Source: Antedon mediterranea (taxonomy: Eukaryota; Animalia; Echinodermata). From it: 64,000 nucleotides of DNA. Where the stretch lies: assembly GCF_964355755.1 (NCBI RefSeq), contig NC_092679.1, forward strand, positions 3,440,201-3,504,200, in the 5' to 3' direction. Shown here one piece after another: positions 53,972 to 64,000 of the stretch (the first letter of the stretch is position 1; every line of letters begins with the position of its first letter). The position numbers and the translations under genes were made by a program. The notes under the pieces were generated by a model. The model was not told where the DNA came from. It did no database searches and worked only from the letters and a program-made list of their open reading frames with translations.

Positions 53972-54973
53972 TTATGCTAGGCCAACAAACCTCTCACTGA
54001 CATCCCACAATTTTTTTCGTATACCGTCATCCCTTGCAGACGTTCCGACCTGTTTCTTAGTGCAATCACTAAAATAACCGCCATGCGCTTCGTCTAACTC
54101 ATTAGACACTGCGCAATAAATTGATGTTTGCGCTCCTTGCATCGGGGACTTGAGGATATACCAAATAAAGGGCCAGATAAGACGATATACCCAATCTCTA
54201 AACAGTCGTCGCACGATCATCGTGTTGACACCACCAGGATTCACCGAGCACACCGTCACACCGGTGTTGCTTAGTCGTTCGCGTAACTCGTTCGCTAAGT
54301 ACACATTTGCAAGCTTACTTCGATTGTACGCGACAACTCGGTTATACCCCTTCTCGGAATTCAAATTATCGAATTCAATCGATCCATAAGCGTGGGTTAG
54401 CGACGAGACGATGACAATTCGGCTAGGTGCAGACCGTTTTAGGAGGTCCAGGAGTAAGTTGGTGAGAAGAAAATGACCTAAATGATTCACTCCGAAATGT
54501 GACTCAAACCCATCTTCTGTCTTGGAAAACGGATGGAAAAATATGCCAGCGTTGTTGATAAGAACATCTAGTTGTGTGAGTTCTTGGTTAATCTCCTTAC
54601 AAAATTGTCGAATAGATTTAAACGAAGCCAAGTCCAAATGTTTGACTTTCAGTTGACTATTGCCTGTTTCACGCACTATCTCCATCTTTGCAGTTTCCCC
54701 TTTAATGACGTCACGGCAAGCCAGGATCACACTCGCGTTGCGACGTGCTAAGTCCATTGCTGTTGCTTTTCCGATTCCGGAGTTGGCTCCGGTGATGATG
54801 ACCGTTTTCCCGGTCATGTCAATACTGCTCTTGCAAACTCCTCCGACAAGATAGTACTTGAGTAAGGCCAACAAGAGGAAGCACACACCCATAGTGGCAG
54901 CAATGGTCATAGTGACGTCATCTTGAAGGTTGTCGGTATTTCTTCCAACCATCAAGGTTTCGTTTTGTTCCAT
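53972..54973 (-). CDS. Retinol dehydrogenase 11/12/14-like classical SDR, single coding exon
   Basis: 333 aa; N-terminal hydrophobic anchor, TGANSGIG, NNAG, YNRSK; splice acceptor 11 nt upstream of the ATG implies 5'UTR exon(s). Confidence 0.92.
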   Translation of the reverse strand: MEQNETLMVGRNTDNLQDDVTMTIAATMGVCFLLLALLKYYLVGGVCKSSIDMTGKTVIITGANSGIGKATAMDLARRNASVILACRDVIKGETAKMEIVRETGNSQLKVKHLDLASFKSIRQFCKEINQELTQLDVLINNAGIFFHPFSKTEDGFESHFGVNHLGHFLLTNLLLDLLKRSAPSRIVIVSSLTHAYGSIEFDNLNSEKGYNRVVAYNRSKLANVYLANELRERLSNTGVTVCSVNPGGVNTMIVRRLFRDWVYRLIWPFIWYILKSPMQGAQTSIYCAVSNELDEAHGGYFSDCTKKQVGTSARDDGIRKKLWDVSERFVGLA

Positions 54974-57900
54974 TATTATATTTTCTGAAAAGAAACAAGA
55001 AATAAGAGTATTTTTTACTATTTATTATATAACCACGAAAATTAAGAGGCATGACGCACCAAAGCCACTAGAATGTAACGCAAGGACGTAAACGCAACGC
55101 AAGCGTTTTAACCAATGACAAGCGAAGTTATAGACAGTTAGCAATCACAAGCGAATAAGCCATCGCTTGTGATTGGTCAATTCACTTGCGTTGCGTTACG
55201 TCCTTGCGTTGCGTCGCTAGTGGGAACCACGCTTTACCTGCCTGCCTGCTGTCATTCTGGCGACGGGCTAGGTTGACGCCCAGGTCGATAACAATTTCTA
55301 GTTATCAATTGATTGTAAATTAAAGCTTTCAATTGCACAAAACTTTTTTAAAATGTACATATAACAGACAAAAATTAAGTAATTTACACATAGTTCGAGC
55401 TTTGTGGTTGTAGCGCTTTAGAGAAAATTTAATTTGTTTAGTCGCTATACAAAATACCGTTATTATTATTATTGACAATGTTTAGACTTTGGAAAACAAG
55501 ATAAACTGGGATTTACATTTTAGAGTTTGTTTTAAATTTTAAAAACCAAAACAAACACACATTGACAAACCCGGTTTCTCAATCTTTAAAACGAGACAGA
55601 GCAGGAAGGAAATCATTAACCAGTAGAAAATTAATTACTACCGCCTTGAATTTTACCGCGGAATTCCGAGGTGTTTTTTTTTTGTTATTTCTTTTCCACT
55701 AATATATTAATATTTAGTACCGTAGCAAGTGAACATTCGTATATATATTTGTAGTAAACATCTGGATAAGGATAAATTACATTTTTAGACGAATTCGTGA
55801 TATAACACAGATCTAATTCAGTCCGATCCCAGGAGAGTCAACAAATTAACTATTGTTTAGCAATTTTTTTTGTCAAGATCGGTACGCGAATTTTCTATAC
55901 TCGATGGGTTCGTTACTGATTTTAGAGTTGTAGTTAAAAAAACTGTGAATGAAATGAAGTGTATATTAAAAACGTACTTGTTCATAAAACATATTGAAAA
56001 ACCTTTAATTAAGGTCTGTCTATCAAACGCACGTCGGACGTAAACGCTACGCAATGCGTCTTGCGTTACGTCCATACCCACCAGCTTAACGAATAAAGAG
56101 AGGAACTTACCAGACGACTGATTTTAATAAATTGTTATTAAAGACCTTGTTGTAATTACCCTTCTTCATGGACGGACGGTATAATTTTACTGAAATACAG
56201 TAAAGTTATTCATTTACAAGGATGTTTACACGATCTGAGTTAAGTATTATTATAAATATGATATTTATTATTAATAATACCAGCAAATAAAGACACTGAC
56301 AAATACGCGTATTACGATCGGAGGCTTCCTCACCCTTCCGGGTATCTTAGGCTTTGGTGTGCAATGGTAAATAGAAAACGCAATGAAATTGTAAGAGAAC
56401 TTGATTTGATGGTGATATGTCAAAATGGTTAATTTACTGTAAGCCTACTGGTTGCAACTCGTGTATGTTTAGCGCGCGTTTGGCGTAGAAGCGCTGCGTT
56501 TTAATACAGTAGTTGTGGTAACACATTAATTTTACCTTTAATTTGCATCCTGTGTGAATACATCGTTATTTTAATGCCATTTCTAGTTAGGATTATGTAT
56601 CTCTATCAGGGGAATGTCGACACAAACATTAATAGTGCATACGATCCAAGATTTTGAAATAGTGGAAAGGGGGACTCGAGGAGGGGCCGAAACATGTTTG
56701 TGATACTAATGCTGAACTTACCCTAAAGTTCTGTCTACACTATCAAACTATAGTTTGACAAAAAAATGTGATGTAGGCCTATCCATAAGGACATGATAAT
56801 GTCATATTATTACTACCATATTTAAACATATCAATACAATATTTGGCCACATCACACATTTTAATAGTAGTTTGAGTGTAAACAGAGCTTTATTAATGTC
56901 TTATCTTACTAGACCTATATTGTCATTTTCAAAATTGAGAGGCGGTGGTTGGCTCTCATCCTTTGAATCCACTAAATTATTCTTTTGTTATTTGGGCATA
57001 TCACTACTATATTTGGTCCTCAAAATATCAAACTAGTTGATAACAGAGCTTAATGATACAGACGTATGTATGTTTTTAAAAACAAAGCAACCGGCGTCTA
57101 CTTCCTGTCTAATAATAGAGGAGTATGCCAAGAAGCAACATTCAGACAATTCAAAATAAAGAAAGTGATCTTACCGAAATCCATTTTGTATATAACTTAT
57201 TCACTAATAATAAGATAGGCTACTTCATGAAGTAAAAATGTACCAACATTCACAACCCATATGTTTACCCAGACAGATTTGTATAACCCCCGTTGATTAT
57301 TGGCAGTATGTTTTCTTCGGGGCCTATACTAAGCATAAATGAAGCACGGTACATGACTTATACGAACACGTCGTAATTGCCGGTGACTCATAAGAAGACA
57401 AATCTAATAGTTTATTGACCTTTTAACTTTTAATGAACTAGGCCTACTTGTAATTTACGTAAGTGCAGTGTTATTACTTTAGCGCATGGAAAACTGAAAA
57501 TTTAAGCATAGAGCTATAAATTCTAATTTATAGTTCCATGATTTAAGTCATTTAGTGACACTTATCAATAAATCGATTACTAATCGATCGATACCAAACA
57601 ATATACATACAAATTAAATAGTGTCATCAACTCCGTCGAAGAATAATTGCATCCAATTTAACTGTCGATTTTAAGAAATTGGAGGGAGGGGGAGGATTAC
57701 GCATGCTGATAAAATGGCGGTATAATTTAATATGGCCTATAGGCTATTATTATTATTTGACTAAGGAAACTCTGGTTTTAAAGGGCAATAAAGAGCTTCA
57801 AAAACAAAATTTAAACAAAAATCTATATAACGGACAAATATCTATTCAGAGTGTTTAGTCAGTAGCATTTAGACAAATGTATGGTTGGTTGTACTATTAT

Positions 57901-58074
57901 AAATTATAACTTTCCTATATGTACTGTGAGATAACAACAAAACCAGGCCTGTGTTTTGTACGTTAACTTTAACAACAAACGAGATATATTTAGCACCATC
58001 TACTGTAACTAGAGGCCACAATTTTAAAATTTTAAAAATTCATAATAAATCGAAACACAGACAGAAATGACAAA

Positions 58075-58390
58075 ACTATACTTAAATTGTTTTATAACTC
58101 TGTAATTCTCAGTGTAATACTTTTTTGTAATGTTTGTTTTTATGGTAATACAATGCAAAAAGATAAAATTAAACTTAATCGAATAGGAAATAGAGCAATT
58201 AGACTAGTAGGAGAGCACTTACCTGATGTTGAATCCTTGTATAAAGAAAATGTGTTAAAAAAAGTAAAAAGTATCATTGATGATGAAACACATCCTCTTC
58301 ACAAACAATTTGCTCTCATGAATTCTGGCATAAGACTACGTGCACTTAATACCAAAACAAAACGGTTTAGGTGCTCGTTTGAGCCATATA
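58075..58390 (+). mobile_element. Degenerate Rex1/Babar-like LINE C-terminal fragment
   Basis: FYNSVILSV...HPLHKQF...SGIRLR...KTKRFRCSF parallels the C-terminus of the 24-26 kb LINE; a CR1/L2-like TRGHNFK fragment lies just upstream (about 58005-58040). Confidence 0.7.
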
Positions 58391-60641
58391 ACCAAAAACA
58401 AAGAGGGACTCTCAAACCTTATAGTCTCGGCCTAAAAAGGTCAATATATAAATCAAGGTAAAAATAATCATTTATTTGTCTTTTTGATTTATATGCCTAT
58501 ATTACATTAACAACAAAAAGTATAATGAAATAATATATATTTATTTCCTCAGAATGACAAAATATAAACAAGTTGTAACTCCTAGGCCTAGTATTATTAT
58601 TAGTAATAATTAAGTATTACCGGTTGCGCCTATATAGTATTACTATTTATATTAAAATATTAGGCCTATATGATAAATATATAGCCTATAGCCATAAACA
58701 TGTGTAGGCCTAGGCCTAGGCCTAGCAAAGAATTTTTTTTTTATAAATTATAATTATATACGTTATCATTCTTACCGTTCTCGTCCGAAACCAATAATAT
58801 TAATAGTGGTATATAATAATTAATAATAGAGTATCTGACATTATTTCATAATATGTGATTTCGCTTACCAACGTTCTCTTTGATGACGCACATCATGACA
58901 CTTTTGACGACTACTAGGCCTAAGATAGGCCTATCTCTTCCCCACACTCTGTCGAGAGAGTGGTGGGGGAAGAGGGGGTCCGGTGGGTGGTAAGAAAGAA
59001 AGGCATGTCATCAACAAACAGCTTTTTATAGGCTAGCTAGGCCTAGCTAGTTAGGATACACGTTATACTGCAGTTGAATTTCAAAGTCAATACTCACACT
59101 TTTCATCGTATTCCTCTGACAGATGTTGATATAAATAGTACAGAAATAGATAGAGGCCTTTTTAGACCTACAAACTACTGTAAAAACAAAAACCAACTTA
59201 ACAATACACACACGCGCAAACCGCGCGCGGCGCCCCAGAAGCGCGTGCACACATGGACACATTAAATTATCAATACACTTCCAATCCCCCACAGAGCCAG
59301 TACGAGAGTTCAAACGCAAGAGGTATGCAGTCAATATGAGTTCCCATTTGGACGCAAAGTGTGAACGTAAGCCGTAACGTAAGCGAATTGACCAATCACA
59401 AACGACAGTTCGAATAATCCATCGCTTTGATTGGTCAGTTCGCATGGGTTGCGGCTCACGTCTTTGCGCTGCGTCCTAGTGGGAACCAATTACCGTAGCA
59501 TGTGCGTAACTAATTGGTTGCAACTCCTTCGTGTTTGGACTGTAATGAGACACTTTACTAAAGCTTGGTTCCCATTTGGACGCAAAGTGTGGACGTAAGC
59601 CGTAACGTAAGCGAATTGACCAATCACAAACGACAGTTCGAATAATCCATCGCTTTGATTGGTCAGTTCGCATGGGTTGCGGCTCACGTCTTTGCGCTGC
59701 GTCCTAGTAGGAACCAAGCTTTAGGCGCAACGCAAGTTGACCAATGACAAGCAACAGTTTGGATGTTCCTTTGCGTCGGATGACTACTCAATTACTTTCG
59801 GCGTTGCGCTTAGTACGTGCTTTACGGTACCACCTGTACAATTATCCAAACTTTGTCACTGAGTTGAGTATATAGGCAATATTTTAATCAGTTAAACACA
59901 ACTTACTTAAACTGTACGGGTAGCTTTAACACAATGAAGTTCAACTGCTGTAATCATCAGCAAATGATGTGTGAAGATGCCAAAATGTGCTATTTGATGT
60001 TTTTATCTTAGATATTTTTTTTGTGAACTGGCCATCGTACTGGTACCCTTTCGAAATTTTAAAACGTAACACTATACAAGCGACATCAATTATTTACTGG
60101 TATAATCTTTATTGGAACTTAATACTCAATTACAAACAAGCTTTTTAAAAGTGCTGTGCTTAATACTTTAATACTTATTATACTGCATTTGATTAGCAAT
60201 GACAATACCTGCTGATCGATCCGAGTTAGGAGAAATGCTTAGTAATAAGATGGTACATTCTCTGAACTGAATTGTATTTTCATTTTTTTTTTTTTTAATC
60301 AAATCCATCTTTAATCTTTGATTTACAACTTTGTCATTTTAACAGACCTCCCAAAGTTGAGTTGAGTTGAGCAATCACAAGCGGCAATTGGGATGATCCA
60401 TCGCATCATGATTGGTCAAATTACTTTCGGCGCTATGCAACGTAAGGACATAAGCGCACCATAAGTAATTTGACCAATCACAACGCGGTGGATCATCCCG
60501 GTTGCTATCGTTCTGTATGGTACAGTATATTTTGTGTGGAATGGCGGAAGAGACTTTTACAAACAATTTTGTGCATAATATATTTTAATTTGGTTGTTTA
60601 TCAAATATGCACGTGTTTGTTTGTCCATTATTAATCCTTGT

Positions 60642-61622
60642 TTACAACTTTGTCATTTTTTCACTGACCTCCCAAAGTTTCTTGGCAACATCCTCGTCAA
60701 GTACGGCTTTATGCCATGGCTCTTCTTTACAATCACCATAGTAACGGCCACTTACACCTTTTAGCTCTCCAGCAACTGCGCAATAAATTGTGGTCTGTGC
60801 ACCTTGTTTGGGAGTCTTAAAGAACAGCCATCTAATCGGTGAAAGAAGCACACGCACAAACATCGGAAAGTAGCGCGACATTTCTGTGTCAATTACTCCT
60901 GGATGCAGGCAGTAAACAGAAGGATTATTGCCATTTGAACTAGACTCGGCATCGGCAGAGAGACGCTTGTGTAGTTCTCTTGCAAACATAGCAATAGCTA
61001 GCTTACTATTACTATATCCCTGTGCTTTACTATAATTCTTTTCGCAGTTAATGTCTTCAAAGTTGATACGCCCCCGTTTTAGAAGTGCAGATGCAACGAT
61101 CACTATTCGACTGGAATCAGTCTTTTTTAATAAATCCAGCAATAGGTTTGTTAATAAAAATTGTCCCAAGTAGTTAACACCGAATTGCAATTCAAATCCA
61201 TCTTCAGTGCGTAGAAGAGGTGGACGAAAAACACCGGCATTGTTTATGAGAACATCTAACCGGTTTTCTGTTTTTAGAATGTCTTCTGAGAATGATCGAA
61301 TTGATTTCATTGATGCCAAATCAAGTATCTTAACAACAACTTCTCCGTCTGGGGTATACTTTCGAATATATTTAGCTGCATTTTCGCCCTTTTGAACATC
61401 TCGGCATGCTAGAATCACCCTAGCCTCTCGAGTGGCAAGATCTAGGGCAGTCTCACGTCCAATACCGGTGTTGGCTCCAGTCACGATGACGGTTTTTCCT
61501 TTCAGTAAGGCTAAACTTTTGCACGTTGCTCCACGAAATCTTCGGCGAATAAGATATACAGTCAGGGTAACAACAATGCCCACGGTTGCAATGGTTTTCT
61601 GAGATTCATTTAACGATGACAT
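60642..61622 (-). CDS. RDH14: Retinol dehydrogenase 14-like classical SDR, single coding exon
   Basis: First ATG 61622 (MSSLNESQK); TM anchor, TGANTGIG, NNAG, YSNSK, C-terminal GVSGRYYGDCKEE...KKLWEVSE typical of RDH14. Confidence 0.88.
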   Translation of the reverse strand: MSSLNESQKTIATVGIVVTLTVYLIRRRFRGATCKSLALLKGKTVIVTGANTGIGRETALDLATREARVILACRDVQKGENAAKYIRKYTPDGEVVVKILDLASMKSIRSFSEDILKTENRLDVLINNAGVFRPPLLRTEDGFELQFGVNYLGQFLLTNLLLDLLKKTDSSRIVIVASALLKRGRINFEDINCEKNYSKAQGYSNSKLAIAMFARELHKRLSADAESSSNGNNPSVYCLHPGVIDTEMSRYFPMFVRVLLSPIRWLFFKTPKQGAQTTIYCAVAGELKGVSGRYYGDCKEEPWHKAVLDEDVAKKLWEVSEKMTKL

Positions 61623-61710
61623 TATTAAAGTATGCAATAAAAAAGAGCCAAAATAAGTTTTAGAATAAAAGATTTTTGTACACGGTTTTCTCAGCTGCTA
61701 TTCTTATCAT

Positions 61711-61723
61711 TTACCTTTGACCT
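61711..61723 (-). promoter_or_regulatory. DR1 nuclear-receptor element in RDH14/ECH1 bidirectional promoter
   Basis: Minus strand AGGTCA-A-AGGTAA midway between divergent ATGs at 61622 and 61818. Confidence 0.5.
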
Positions 61724-61817
61724 TGTCGAGGGTCGTCGGCGTCACGCAAGAATGCACAATAATCAGGATCATCGAGAGATAAAAAAGAACAAAACCGTCT
61801 AACACTTCACTTTTTAT

Positions 61818-63812
61818 ATGATGATGTCTTTACGTTCTGTATTTGTACGTTTCTGTAAAAAAAGTAAGATGACTTGAATAATTCTAAAGAACTATTATGT
61901 TAGGACTCGCTGTGAACTTCCCTTGCTTCTAGTACTCTAGGGAGATATAAATAAACTAAAAATAGTCTAGGCCTAAAGAGTAAATAGTAGGGTATTTATC
62001 AATGACATGATGGCCAATCAAATACTCTTTTTACAGTAGTAGGACTGGCTCTCTTACAGGCTAGGCCTACGTGTACCAGCATATAAAACAATTTTATTCG
62101 AGATTGCAGCATTTATTTAGCTTGGCATTGTAAATGAAAGCCACTGACACTGAAAATGATTAACATTTAGGCCTACTCATTATTTATTATAATATTTTAG
62201 AGATTAAAAATAAAAAGAGTTTTAAACTTTTACTTTTTACCGTACTGTATACTAATAGTAATACAAGTGGTGTGTTGTAATGATGATATTTAAACTTTAC
62301 TTTAATATTAACTTTCACTTTTCAAATTTGTGAATGTAAAATGTGCATTTTTGCTAATATAACCAGCATTTTATATTTTTTGTAATTGTATTTGTAATCT
62401 TACCTTTTAAATGCTTTATATATAATATTTTATTTTTTAAAATTAAATCGACTCATATTCTTTTTCAATTTGGATCATTAGACAAACTAAATAGAATCTT
62501 AAATATTTTTTTTTCCAGATTTAACTTTGAACCCATCTTTTACAAGTATGTCAAGAAAAATGTCGTCTCTAGGTAATTACAAGTTCAACACATTGGCCGT
62601 GTCGCAACCAACCAATTTTGTTTACCAAGTCGAGCTCAACAGGCCCGAAAAAAGGAATGCCATGAACAGATTGTTCTGGAAGTAAGAGATATTGCGAATA
62701 AAATTACTTTCACACTGTACCTAAATTCTGTCAGGTGGTGGGTAAAAACTGTGGGTTTGCACCAAGAGATATTGAGAGTAAAGTTACATTCACACTGAAC
62801 CTAAATCCTGTCAGGTGGTGGGTGAAAACTGTGGGTTTACACCAAGAGATATTGAGAGTAAAGTTACATTCACACTGAACCTAAATCCTGTCAGGTGGTG
62901 GGTGAAAACTGTGGGTTTACACCAAAAGATATCGCAAGTAAATTTACATTCACACTGAACCTAAATTCTGTCAGGTGGTGGGTAAAAACTGTGGGTTTGC
63001 ACCAAGAGATATTGAGAGTAAAGTTACATTCACACTGAACCTAAATCCTGTCAGGTGGTGGGTGAAAACTGTGGGTTTACACCAAAAGGTATCGCAAGTA
63101 AATTTACATTCACACTGAACCTAAATTCTTTCAGGTGGTGGGTAAAAACTGTGGGTTTGCACCAAGAGATATTGAGAGTAAAGTTACATTCACACTGAAC
63201 CTAAATCCTGTCAGGTGGTTGGTGAAAACTGTGGGTTTATACTAAGAGATATTGCAAGTAAAGTTACATTCACACTGAAGCTAAATCCTGTCAGGTGGTG
63301 GGTGAAAACTATGGGTGTACACCAAGAGATATTGCAAGTAAAGTTACATTCACACTGAAGCTAGATCCTGTCAGGTGGTGGGTGAAAACTGTGGCTTTAC
63401 ACCAAGAGATATTGCAAGTAAAGTTACATTCACACTGAAGCTAGATCCTGTCAGGTGGTGGGTGAAAACTGTGGGTGTACACCAAGAGATATTGCGCGTA
63501 AACCTGTGTTCACACTGCGCCATGTCTTTTACGCTGCAGTACGTTTTGTAATGAATCCAACATTTATTTAATGTGAACGGTTCCATTTTCTGACCAGGAT
63601 CCAAATTCAGTTGCAGTCTCAAATTGGTTATGTGGAAACAACGGCCAGCAGCAGAGGAAGATATTACTGATGTTGTTCACAGATTTATCCCATAAATATT
63701 AATAAAATGTGTTTTTTTTACAGAGAATTCACAGAGTGCTTTGATACGATAGCCCACGATCCTGACTGCAGGGTAGTTATCCTGTCTGGTGCAGGCAAAG
63801 CTTTTACTGCAG
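61818..63812 (+). CDS. ECH1: Delta(3,5)-Delta(2,4)-dienoyl-CoA isomerase, first 3 exons; continues beyond the right edge
   Basis: 61818-61863 MMMSLRSVFVRFCKK (presequence-like), 62519-62681 (VYQVELNRPEKRNAMNRLFW), 63724-63812 (ECFDTIAHDPDCRVVILSGAGKAFTAG); phases compatible. Confidence 0.9.
62683..63517. repeat. Tandem repeat, 80-bp unit x about 10, ECH1 intron 2
   Basis: ACCAAGAGATATTG at 62761, 62841, 62921, 63001 and onward to 63481. Confidence 0.95.
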
Positions 63813-64000
63813 GTACAGTTATAGGCATGTCATACTAATACACCATACAATACATACTGTAATAGTACCACACTCGCCTAGGTTAAGGTGCTAATGCGCT
63901 TTTGATGTTGCGAGTGTTAATAAATCCAAAGGCAAATCCAAACAGTGCCAATTTTTGCCTTTTTACCATTAAAAACACATTCCGAATAACAGACTTTCCA

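Noticed and set aside
62683-63517. CRISPR-like regular array
   Set aside because: Units are contiguous and near-identical with no unique spacers; eukaryotic intron, no cas genes.

Overview
AT-rich, intron-rich animal genomic DNA (marine invertebrate; an echinoderm is plausible but not provable from sequence alone). By manual splicing (GT-AG, phases checked) I recover eight host genes: PPP4R3/SMEK (minus, runs off the left edge), a divergent FMN alpha-hydroxyacid oxidase (plus), an OST-alpha/SLC51A-like transporter (plus), bifunctional EPRS with two WHEP repeats (minus, about 31 exons), RPS29 (minus, missed by the ORF track), two single-coding-exon RDH11-14-type SDRs (minus) and ECH1 (plus, runs off the right edge). 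Introns are packed with mobile DNA: two abundant Harbinger/Tourist-type MITE families, a nested Kolobok/Harbinger/Harbinger stack with a spliced MADF pseudogene, an AcademH-like element with a 9-bp TSD, hAT elements with 5-bp TSDs, a 5'-truncated Rex1/Babar-type LINE, SINE heads and minisatellites. Best leads: a complete tRNA cloverleaf with the normally avoided Asp ATC anticodon inside a (TA)n-bounded element; AGGCCTAG patches that recur just downstream of first exons; a hydroxyacid oxidase with a rebuilt substrate pocket and no PTS1; tandem decoy splice acceptors and a MITE-dependent intron in EPRS. All alignments were done by eye, so family calls need database confirmation.
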